From IMG/VR virus record IMGVR_UViG_3300033232_000013, positions 1 through 25,696 of that record: a stretch of 25,696 nucleotides of DNA; one strand, written 5' to 3'. The position numbers and the translations under genes are program-made. Shown here piece by piece: positions 16,201 to 23,710 of this stretch. Position 1 is the first letter of the stretch, and every line of letters begins with the position of its first letter. The notes beneath the pieces were generated by a model. It was not told the DNA's origin. It made no database searches and saw nothing but the letters and a program-made list of their open reading frames with translations. The DNA is from a virus. Taxonomy: Duplodnaviria; Caudoviricetes.

Positions 16201-18337
16201 ACTTCCCAAGTACTGCGTTGCCAGCAGTTTTACCTATCATCTCACGAACTTCTTGGTTATAAAACCTAGATAGCTCTTTGGATGCAAGGAACGCAGGGCC
16301 AAAGTTTTGATTGTATAACTCTAGCGGATCAAGTCCGGACTTTGCAGCAGCCTCTTTAAAGTCCCAGGTAACTTGCACACTCTTTGGTGCTAGCGCATCT
16401 GCAACACGGTAGTCAGGCTTTAGTACTTCACCAGTACGTGCAGGTGCAAAGTTGCGCTGAATAGCCTCTTCAATAAAATCCTCTGGAGCATTCAGGTGGG
16501 CAGAAATATGACTAATATCATAGTGTTCACCTTTAGCTAGTTCACGCTGCAGTACTTCATACTTCTTTGCCTGTAGCGTTACACCACTATCAAGGAAGTC
16601 CTGCACACTGAGTAATTCATCTTCGTGCTTGATAAAGAACTTAGACAGCTTATCGCTACCTACTTCTTTCTGCAATTCAAGTAGGCGACCAAGCATGGGT
16701 AAATCCAGCGAGTCTACAGTACCGCCTGTTACTTTGAGAAGATCATTTGCACCAAACTTAGCTGCCCACGCCCACCGCGCAGATCCTTCGATGGCCGAGC
16801 GGCCCAAGTCAGTCGTGGCAGTGGCGGCCTGGCGATAAACCTTGTTGCCAAAGCCGATAGAATCTACCGTGCTGAACAGGCGCCCCGGCTGAATAGTGTC
16901 TGCAAAGTGCACAACTGTCTCTGGAGATACTACGCCAGTGCGTAGATTGACGTACATGTCTACCTTGTTAATATCTTCAAATATCCGCACCACTTGCTTA
17001 CTATTTGGGTTTATCGCGGCCCGGCCATTAGGCATAATCAGCACGTCAGCATCAACCTGCCCTGAGCGCCAAGCAGCTTTCAGCGTGGGGAATCCGGTGC
17101 TTTCAAAGCTCTGCCGCTTAAGTGTCTTGCTAGTTACGCCAGCAGCTAGTTGATAGGCGCTCTTACCAGTCTTGCCTGGGACGCGCTGCAGTGAGAACTC
17201 ATCAAGTATATTCTCAGGCTCTATGTTTACATAGAATTTCTTGCCGCTAATAATAGCCTTATCTACGTTGATTGGATTGATAGCACGTACACTATTAAGA
17301 TAGCCAGTTACGAGTTCAATCTGCTCGTCAATAGTTTTTCCAGCCTCTCTAGCAGTGATTAAGCGGTCTTTGATAAGCCCAAGATACGACTGCCCAACAA
17401 GCTCGTTACCCTGTGCAAGCTCGTTAAATGCCAGAGCCAGTTTCTGCTCTCCAGCTTTCACAGCAGACTTACGCGTGTCAGCTAGCATTGATGCACTGTC
17501 CTCCAGTACGATGCTACGTGTTACACCATCGTATTTATACTTAAACTTCAAATTAACAAACTGGTCAGGCAGCTTGGCAATGTTCTCTGCAAATAGTAGT
17601 GTACTGGTGCCGGGCATCAGGCCTAGCTTGCTAAAATCAAACACTACATCTGTGGTTCTCTTTGCAGCTTCAACGTCAGCTTGCACAGTCTTTAGAATAC
17701 CGCGTGCGCCAATGCTTGCCAGTGGGCCGCCGATAACACCAGATAGCACGGTACCAAGTGTCATGTTCCAGGCAAAGTCGCCAGCTGTAGACTCGTCAAA
17801 TATAGGTGAGTCACTCATTGTCAGTGCCACGGCAGATTCAAATGCAAGTCCCTGCAATGCCTGATCCGCCGCTTCCCAGCCAACATTCTTCATGCGCGCA
17901 GCGGTGCCAAGCTTGGGAATTGCACCTCCAGTGCGGCCAATCTCTTGCATTGCTTGCTCTAGATACTGAGCTTTCTTGGTAGGAAATATATTTAACGCAC
18001 GCGATACAGGGCCAAGTGCATTGCCACTGCGTGCCATCTTAAGGGCCTTTATGCCAGCAAGGCCAGGCAGAAAAGCAGTACCAACAAATCCAACCATATC
18101 AACAGCTTCTTTGTGTGTATCATAATAGTCACCAATACTAGAGTCAATGTCACGTAGAAATCTGGATGTATTTACTTCATCCTCAGCTGGTTGGAACGTA
18201 TTCCAGATAGATAGTAGCCCAGATGCCGCCGCAGCTGGAGCACCCTCGGTAATAGCGCGACTAATAGATGATAGCCCAGATTCCTGCAAATTTGCAGTAT
18301 CAGCACTGAGAACTACAGGGTGAAATTCGTTTGCCAT
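13238..18337 (-). CDS. Large internal virion/ejection protein (1699 aa)
   Basis: Size, helical Ala-rich composition and position as the last and largest of three such genes. The C-terminal VNRVQGNY...RP...G...FQTY pattern and the N-terminal hydrophobic segments fit this class. Confidence 0.7.
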   Translation of the reverse strand: MANEFHPVVLSADTANLQESGLSSISRAITEGAPAAAASGLLSIWNTFQPAEDEVNTSRFLRDIDSSIGDYYDTHKEAVDMVGFVGTAFLPGLAGIKALKMARSGNALGPVSRALNIFPTKKAQYLEQAMQEIGRTGGAIPKLGTAARMKNVGWEAADQALQGLAFESAVALTMSDSPIFDESTAGDFAWNMTLGTVLSGVIGGPLASIGARGILKTVQADVEAAKRTTDVVFDFSKLGLMPGTSTLLFAENIAKLPDQFVNLKFKYKYDGVTRSIVLEDSASMLADTRKSAVKAGEQKLALAFNELAQGNELVGQSYLGLIKDRLITAREAGKTIDEQIELVTGYLNSVRAINPINVDKAIISGKKFYVNIEPENILDEFSLQRVPGKTGKSAYQLAAGVTSKTLKRQSFESTGFPTLKAAWRSGQVDADVLIMPNGRAAINPNSKQVVRIFEDINKVDMYVNLRTGVVSPETVVHFADTIQPGRLFSTVDSIGFGNKVYRQAATATTDLGRSAIEGSARWAWAAKFGANDLLKVTGGTVDSLDLPMLGRLLELQKEVGSDKLSKFFIKHEDELLSVQDFLDSGVTLQAKKYEVLQRELAKGEHYDISHISAHLNAPEDFIEEAIQRNFAPARTGEVLKPDYRVADALAPKSVQVTWDFKEAAAKSGLDPLELYNQNFGPAFLASKELSRFYNQEVREMIGKTAGNAVLGKYAKNFPDAPKNLSATTTQEGAGAQLAGASNANYGDTSGLYAQETGKQVAITTQAINDAEVLAMSPAINGIKGNKAAAVELGVLTNALRKSKYRYQLDPDGTQRVVSVDVARLAEKESITIDEAVELLAQDGKVGHILDVENAEVMDFWKIHAQINGARQEKFTTLHNASGLATTGVNTNVIFVPPVNTVKYPYHAFVTTKKQIGIASDVTMITAKDEASLRKLIEEIDSAKYDVHFKKDSELYHKAKGDYDYQLTVHESTINSDLARTGRLADMFPETTAQGVLTDYLEFHSKQTDRLIRTAVQVKDRQFFGELQFLSDNYRRVSESTATGFTTMLKKKVADPFGDYIKTALNVSKQQEFPLLDSLNEFIDKVGVSFGKQFDLAHEMAVLKKNVVDPITGKEMTPWAYADQVSKNAGLGMPYGTGTNNPLVNSYIEANKSFPRNVIRESFQKANMLLANFVLRLDFANSIINTISTAVMVGTEMQSIRSLVANDSKLAGALNELRTLAVPGQSVRVPSTTKLLGNAVNNFFGAEKTQLLTRYKDIGAIKTVLSTYHDILDDLAFNSVLNPVKWTDKVNASVEKMATYTGNNFSEEFTRFVTADVMRQLTDPIVAAGKLSVKDQNAYMNVFVNRVQGNYVTSQRPVIFQGTTGAAVSLFQTYAFNVLQQLHRHIQGRDAKTLATFAGLQSTVFGLNGLPFFDAVNSHLIGSQISGNTYHGDAYSVLPAFNKELGDWMLYGTASAFPLFTGTSPALYSRGDINPRHLSVIPIVPTDVPAVQASLKLIKAITETGKNIVGGADITDSLLNGLEHQGISRPLAGFAQLLAGRSTTGSGALISASNDLAVTNRFAAVSDRFLSIEGVSRLAGARPMDEAVALNNIYRNKAYDALDKRRLESLGRTVKTALRNNEAPDEDMLNSFMAKYAAAGGRQENFSAAMQRWQRDASTSVINRTATTLGKNSSRRMQEIMGGYVAPDFTTPPATQGDTQ

Positions 18338-18346
18338 AAAGTCTTT

Positions 18347-20110
18347 CTATTTCTCAGGGGTGATATCAAGCATCTTGTTCATGCTCTGCGTTGCAAGTAC
18401 ACCAACAGCGCCAGCACCCCCAAAGATAGCCATAGCAGGGTTAGCTGGACTTGTAAGTCTACCCATTAGCGTGTTTGCCGCTATAGTTTCTAGCAAATTC
18501 TCAGCGCCAGCTGGATTCAGTGTGTCTCCAATGGCATCTTTGCCAACAAGCGTAGCACCAGGAATTCTTACATACGCACTCTCTTGCACTTCAAAACCAA
18601 GGCTAGCTAGTTTCAAGCTATCCTGGTTGTACGCAGCAGCAGCGCGATTGTATGCAACCAAGTCAGCAGCGGCTTGACCTAGAGGAATCTTGCGGTCGCT
18701 TACCAAGGTTGCTAATGTCTTGATTGCATTGGTACGATCTTCACCACGCAAATCTCCAGTGCCCGGTGGCAACTTTTCGGCTGCTGTCTCCAGCACTTTA
18801 ACGTAACTGTTGTTTGCAAGCTGTGGATACTTACCAGACTTAACTAGACCAATCATAGTTAAGTCTTGCGAGCGGTACGGCATAAATTTACCATCCCAAT
18901 AGGGATCATTAAGCGGCTGAGCTGCTCTAGGATCATGTGCTGCATTCGTAGCAGCAAGCACAAACTCAGAGGCACCAGCTCTTGCAGCATCATCAGGTTT
19001 TAGTGCCTTGCCCGCGGCTTTTACCGCTGCGTTGTTAGCCGCAGTAGCGTAGTCACGTACTGTGCTAGCTAGCTTTGTGAGGCCTTTTACAAACGCAGGA
19101 TCCTGTTCTTGCATTTTAATCAAGTTTCCGCTGCGCAAAAAGTCAATAGACTCTGCTAGATTGTCTCCATAGGTACCATTAATTGCTGCGTCCCACAGTC
19201 GCTGCTTAGCTTTGCTAGCTGGCATCCTGTTAAAGTCGTCCAAGCTTACTGGCACTGGGTAGCCAAGCGCCCCAGAGACACGGGCAAGACCCTCAGCTAA
19301 TGCGCTATCTTGAGCATCTTTAATCTCTTTATCTTTAGCAGCAGCTGCCATACGCAGTCTACGCTCTTCGTGGGCCAATGCACGCTCTCTTTCCAGCGCC
19401 TGAAATTCCGCCAGGCTTTTGACTGCGCCGAAACGCTTACTAGCATTATCTGTGACTTTATCTAGCAGAGCAACTTCATTCATTCTAGCCGCGGAGATTG
19501 CACCAAAGTTCTTCATGCGTTCTTGCTCAGCCGTGGCCTTGGCAGCAGCCTCGTTAGCAGCAGCAGCGGTAAGCTTAGCTTCTTTTGTAGCCGATGCAAC
19601 ATTAGCAGTAACCTGTGTCTTGTTCTGATACATTAGCGATGTAGCAGTATCTAGGTCATTAGCGATTGCATCCTGCTGTGTGGCTAGATTGTTGTGCTTC
19701 TGGACAACTTGAGGCAGTGCAAGCTGGTTAAAGATATAGCCAACCGGATTATCCAAGAAGCTAGTCTCTGTTAGCTTGCGGTACTCAGCAAGTGCAGCTT
19801 CACGCTCAACACGAGTAGCTGTTAAATCCGCCATGCTCTGCACGTAGAAATTGTTTATATCATCAGGATCAAGGCCAGCTATGCGCTGCGCAGTTTCTCC
19901 TGCTGCCAGCTTCCTGCGCTCAATCTCTGCCATCTGCTGATTTGCAAGTGTACCCTGAGCAATTGCCTGCTGTGTGTAAGCCTCACTATTAGTAGCTGCG
20001 CCCTCGATGCCAGCAGTGGTAGCCGCAGCGCGTGGCCGCTCAGCACGAATAGCAGCGTCGGAAGTGCTAAGATTACCAAGTAGCCCAGATAGTAGATTAT
20101 TGATATCCAT
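18347..20110 (-). CDS. Putative internal virion/ejection protein (587 aa)
   Basis: Ala/Gln-rich coiled-coil-like sequence with a hydrophobic Gly-rich C-terminus. Its position fits a podovirus ejectosome gene. Confidence 0.65.
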   Translation of the reverse strand: MDINNLLSGLLGNLSTSDAAIRAERPRAAATTAGIEGAATNSEAYTQQAIAQGTLANQQMAEIERRKLAAGETAQRIAGLDPDDINNFYVQSMADLTATRVEREAALAEYRKLTETSFLDNPVGYIFNQLALPQVVQKHNNLATQQDAIANDLDTATSLMYQNKTQVTANVASATKEAKLTAAAANEAAAKATAEQERMKNFGAISAARMNEVALLDKVTDNASKRFGAVKSLAEFQALERERALAHEERRLRMAAAAKDKEIKDAQDSALAEGLARVSGALGYPVPVSLDDFNRMPASKAKQRLWDAAINGTYGDNLAESIDFLRSGNLIKMQEQDPAFVKGLTKLASTVRDYATAANNAAVKAAGKALKPDDAARAGASEFVLAATNAAHDPRAAQPLNDPYWDGKFMPYRSQDLTMIGLVKSGKYPQLANNSYVKVLETAAEKLPPGTGDLRGEDRTNAIKTLATLVSDRKIPLGQAAADLVAYNRAAAAYNQDSLKLASLGFEVQESAYVRIPGATLVGKDAIGDTLNPAGAENLLETIAANTLMGRLTSPANPAMAIFGGAGAVGVLATQSMNKMLDITPEK

Positions 20111-20124
20111 GATTAGCTTCTCTG

Positions 20125-22203
20125 TTATGCGCGTTTACGCTGCTGAGTTACTGGTGTATGGAATGCAGCTTGCAGTTGATTAAAGAAGTCTTCACCAAGC
20201 TTGTCAACTACGTCTGCACTCATTACGTATTCACCGTCAGATAGGTTAGCTGGAATGCTGTCGCTCGTACCAGTGCCAGGACCATCAATTGGGCCACCAT
20301 TAGCAATGTCGTTGCTTGGGTCAGATCTAGAACTACCTGAGTGTGCGCCACTACCCTCACTATCTCCACCACCCTCAGTGCCTCCATAGCTACCACCTCC
20401 ATAGCTATCCCGATCGCTGCCGCCACTGTCGCTACCTCCAAGGAAACCTAAGTCTCTGCTTTCTACTGTACCCCAACCACTTACAGGACTGCTAACTGCA
20501 TAGTCGGATGAATCAGCCCCCAACTTACCCCCAAAGCCGAACAAACCAGCCGTGGGGTTGTTGACCTCAGCACCAGATATCGGATTACCTGTTAGGCTAG
20601 GTGCAGAGCCTAGCGCAAGCTGGCCAATGCTAGTACCAGCTAAGCTAAGTCCGGCATTAGTTAGCGCAGTATACGGATTAAGCGCAGCTAGTGTATTGGC
20701 AAAATTAACTTGGCTCGGGTTCAAGGCAAAGTTAAGTGGCCCCATTACCTTCGGAGCTGCAAAGCTAAGTGCACCCATGCCAGCAGTTTTCAGTGCCTGC
20801 TCTGGAGTTTCTGCTCTGGCTAAGCCACCAACAAGATTAAGTCCGCGCATTACATCATTATCTATGTATTTACCGCCCGTCATACCAGAGATAGCATTTG
20901 CTGCGCCAACCTTGCCAATGACGTTAGACACGTCACGTCCACTGAAACTACCCGAGGCAGCGTCAGTTCCAGCACTACTATCCAAGCCATACGTATCACG
21001 ATCGCTGCCACCACGATCACCGCCGCCCCCAGATAGGCCACCACTAGAAGCTAAAAAGTTAGCAATATCGCTGCTAGCGGCTGTTGCAACTGGACTAGCT
21101 ACGCCCTGTGCTTGCTGCCCTTGGTAACCAAACTGCCCACGTAGTTCCTCTGCGCTAAGCTGTGCGAGTGCTTGGTCAGGGGATAGTACATTAACCATTG
21201 GATTTGCACTTCTGCGGCTACCACCAGCCCGCATTGTACCACCGTCAGCATAGTTTTCACGCGCTCTTACTGGACCACCGTCTGCGTAGTATAGATAACT
21301 ATCTGGATCATAGCCTTCTAGCGCAGGTTGAAAATAAGGTTGCGGCTCATATGCAGGCATGTATGCGTCACCAGCCACTGGATAAGATGGTGCAGGTGGC
21401 GGGCTATAAGTATCTACTGGGCCAAACTGTGCATTATAGCCAGTAGTATCATACGCAGGCATATATGCGTCCCCTGATACCTGAGTAGTGGGTATATTGG
21501 TAGGGTAATATGGCGTAGGAGCATAAGCAGGCTCATAAGCTGGCATATAAGCATCACCCGAGACTGGAGTAAATTGCGCCGCAGGTGGACTATATAGCGG
21601 TGTGCTAGCAGCAGGCGCAGTAGCCATAGGGCTGCTCATTGCTGGTGCCGGTGCCGTGCCTACCGTGCTAGCAGCAGGCTTGTCAGCAGTAAACAAGTCT
21701 TTTACTAGGTCATTGATGCCAAGAGCTTTTGTACCTTGCAGCAGAGCAACTAGCTTAGCAGCCTCAGATAGTCCACTTTTTACATTAGTCTTTTGCGTTT
21801 GTGTAGTTCCTTTGGTTGCGTCTGCAATGCTAGTGCCAACGTTTGCTTGAGTAGCAAAGTTTTGTGCTTGCAGCCTAGCAACTTGATCCATGGAGTTTGT
21901 TGTAGTTTCTTGTAGAAGCCGATCCAATGCTGCCTGCACTGCGCTGTTGCCGCCACTGCGCGCACCAATTGCGTTTGCATACGCCTGCTGCAAGCCCGGA
22001 ATCTGGCCCCCGGCCTTATTAAAGATTGCTTGGAGCATGGCGTCATAGTCCTGTTCCTGCAATCCAGCAAACGTACTCTGTAGCGCAGCGATATCGCCGG
22101 GACTAATGGTAGTAGTCTTGCCACCAAGCAGTTCTAGCAAATCTCCACCTTGCTTTATAAAGCTAGGCTGTTCAGGTAGTTTCTCAGTTTTGTTGCCTGC
22201 CAT
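20125..22203 (-). CDS. Putative ejection/pilot protein with repeats and low-complexity extension (692 aa)
   Basis: AAGGA SD. Gln/Ala-rich helical N-terminus, Pro/Tyr repeats, Gly/Ser tracts and a C-terminal GPGTGTSDSIPANLSDGEYV motif. Confidence 0.7.
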   Translation of the reverse strand: MAGNKTEKLPEQPSFIKQGGDLLELLGGKTTTISPGDIAALQSTFAGLQEQDYDAMLQAIFNKAGGQIPGLQQAYANAIGARSGGNSAVQAALDRLLQETTTNSMDQVARLQAQNFATQANVGTSIADATKGTTQTQKTNVKSGLSEAAKLVALLQGTKALGINDLVKDLFTADKPAASTVGTAPAPAMSSPMATAPAASTPLYSPPAAQFTPVSGDAYMPAYEPAYAPTPYYPTNIPTTQVSGDAYMPAYDTTGYNAQFGPVDTYSPPPAPSYPVAGDAYMPAYEPQPYFQPALEGYDPDSYLYYADGGPVRARENYADGGTMRAGGSRRSANPMVNVLSPDQALAQLSAEELRGQFGYQGQQAQGVASPVATAASSDIANFLASSGGLSGGGGDRGGSDRDTYGLDSSAGTDAASGSFSGRDVSNVIGKVGAANAISGMTGGKYIDNDVMRGLNLVGGLARAETPEQALKTAGMGALSFAAPKVMGPLNFALNPSQVNFANTLAALNPYTALTNAGLSLAGTSIGQLALGSAPSLTGNPISGAEVNNPTAGLFGFGGKLGADSSDYAVSSPVSGWGTVESRDLGFLGGSDSGGSDRDSYGGGSYGGTEGGGDSEGSGAHSGSSRSDPSNDIANGGPIDGPGTGTSDSIPANLSDGEYVMSADVVDKLGEDFFNQLQAAFHTPVTQQRKRA
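21343..21564 (-). repeat. Three in-frame V[SA]GDAYMPAY repeats
   Basis: Copies at 21529-21564, 21445-21480 and 21343-21378. Confidence 0.95.
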
Positions 22204-22230
22204 GATATGTTCCTTTGCAGCTGTGCTGCG

Positions 22231-22635
22231 TTACTTAGATGCTACGCCTTTGATCTTTTCAACTGTACGGAATCCGCCAATACCTAGAAGCGCACCAAGC
22301 ACGTAAAGTAGCGTGCCTGTATCTACTGCTGGCGGCATGGGATATCCATATGCTGCTGATAACCATTCTAGTAAGTTGTGTATAATAGTTGCGTAGAGTA
22401 ATCCCGCCCCACATATCCAACCAACAAATGGACGCCAGCCTGCAACAAAGATAGACGGATTAGCCGCCTCCTTTGCATTTATCTCGAGTTGTGCTAGTAT
22501 CTGCTTTAAGTCACCATCCTGAGTTAGTTTTAATAGCTCAAACTCAGCTGCTGCTTTCTTCTCCGGGTCAGGAAATAGCCGGTTGATCAGATTACCACCA
22601 AGCTCAAGTAGCGGTGATAAGAGTAGTGGGTTCAT
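22231..22635 (-). CDS. Holin (3TM, gene-transfer-agent holin-like family)
   Basis: PDPEKKAAA...EINAKEA...FVAGWRPFVGW signature and hydrophobic segments, ending LLGIGGFRTVEK. Overlaps the endolysin stop (ATGA). Confidence 0.88.
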   Translation of the reverse strand: MNPLLLSPLLELGGNLINRLFPDPEKKAAAEFELLKLTQDGDLKQILAQLEINAKEAANPSIFVAGWRPFVGWICGAGLLYATIIHNLLEWLSAAYGYPMPPAVDTGTLLYVLGALLGIGGFRTVEKIKGVASK

Positions 22636-23048
22636 GCGCGTTCTCCTGCTGTTGCATCTTTCGGCGCCGGATAGGATGTATGAGATAACTGAAAGTGCGG
22701 CCCATCTTTAAATGTTTCCCAGTCTCCACCCCACTCAATATCAACATTAAGCTCTTTAGCTGCTTGCTTAAATGCAACTGCAATCTGCTCATATGCCTGC
22801 CAATCCCAAGTTACTTTGCCATCGCGTAACGCAACTACGTCAATAGCATGTCCAGTCAGGTGGCGGCTTCGCAGCGTCATAGATTTACGGTTCTCAAATA
22901 ACTCTCGTTGCCGGGCGGCTGTGCGCAGGCCCTCAGTTACTGTGAAGTCAACAGGAGTTAGATATAGTGCTAGCTCAGCTACTGCCTGCAAGTCAGGGTG
23001 TACGCCAATAAGGTTTGTTTTTGAGCGCAGGCCAAATCTAAATGTCAT
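22632..23048 (-). CDS. Endolysin, M15 family L-Ala-D-Glu peptidase
   Basis: VTEGLRT...RQ, zinc ligands SRHLTGHAID and DGPHFQL, and IEWGGDW. Confidence 0.93.
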   Translation of the reverse strand: MTFRFGLRSKTNLIGVHPDLQAVAELALYLTPVDFTVTEGLRTAARQRELFENRKSMTLRSRHLTGHAIDVVALRDGKVTWDWQAYEQIAVAFKQAAKELNVDIEWGGDWETFKDGPHFQLSHTSYPAPKDATAGERA

Positions 23049-23069
23049 ATAAGTTCCGTCATGGTTAGG

Positions 23070-23708
23070 TTATACAGTCCAGTCAGTAAAGCTTCCATCA
23101 GTATATTGTATGCGCATGTTGGTTGCGCTAGTCTTATATACTCGGCTTACACGCTGACCAATAGTTTCTATATTTAGATAAATGCCTGCAGAGCCTAGTC
23201 CAATAGCAACCATCTGATTAAGCACGCTATCAGCGGTTGGACTTACAGCTTGCAATGCACCATTAGTTGATAAGTAATAGGTACTGCCAAGAGCCGTGCC
23301 TGATACGCTTGCAGTCCTACCACGCATAAGTAGCGCCACGCCAAAGCTTCCAGCTGCTATACCGCCCGGCTGATCACAGATTCCGTGTGCTGGCTTGGTC
23401 AATACAGATGCGTCCGCTTTCCATGCAGCTAGCTTTCCACCGTCTACTACTAGTGTAATCAGACTGCCGTATGGAAGTGTTTCCATAGCTTTTACATAGA
23501 TACGCTGTTCGCGATAATCTATCAAGCTGCTAAACTGATCTATAGTACCTTGCTCTCCAGCACTGTATTGTACATTACCAGTAAGGATACTTATCTGCTG
23601 CGCCAGTGCTGCAACTGCACGATAAATTGGGCCAACCAGTGCAGCATCATCATCGTTCAGCCCTACGGGAAGCTCAGGAAGTCCAGAACTGATGGTATAA
23701 CTTGGCAT
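23070..23708 (-). CDS. Putative virion structural protein (212 aa)
   Basis: In the tail block. Has a short helical N-terminal segment and a beta-rich domain (AHGIC...GSTYYLSTNGAL...QMVAIG) resembling decoration or fibre modules. Confidence 0.6.
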   Translation of the reverse strand: MPSYTISSGLPELPVGLNDDDAALVGPIYRAVAALAQQISILTGNVQYSAGEQGTIDQFSSLIDYREQRIYVKAMETLPYGSLITLVVDGGKLAAWKADASVLTKPAHGICDQPGGIAAGSFGVALLMRGRTASVSGTALGSTYYLSTNGALQAVSPTADSVLNQMVAIGLGSAGIYLNIETIGQRVSRVYKTSATNMRIQYTDGSFTDWTV

Positions 23709-23710
23709 AA

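Noticed and set aside
13329-19628. Multiple + strand ORFs of 60-169 aa (e.g. 17355-17864, 15510-15899)
   Set aside because: All lie antisense within long virion genes, mostly with non-ATG starts and no independent signals.
20552-21127. 191-aa + strand ORF
   Set aside because: Antisense shadow of the Gly/Ala/Ser-rich 692-aa gene, with no SD or recognisable motif.
21343-21610. Resemblance of YSPP/YMPA to eukaryotic RNAP II CTD or SH2-binding motifs
   Set aside because: The matches are short and inexact in low-complexity sequence, and the context is a bacteriophage.
22604-22792. 62-aa overlapping ORF in the endolysin as an Rz1-like spanin
   Set aside because: No signal peptide, lipobox cysteine or Pro-rich mature region.
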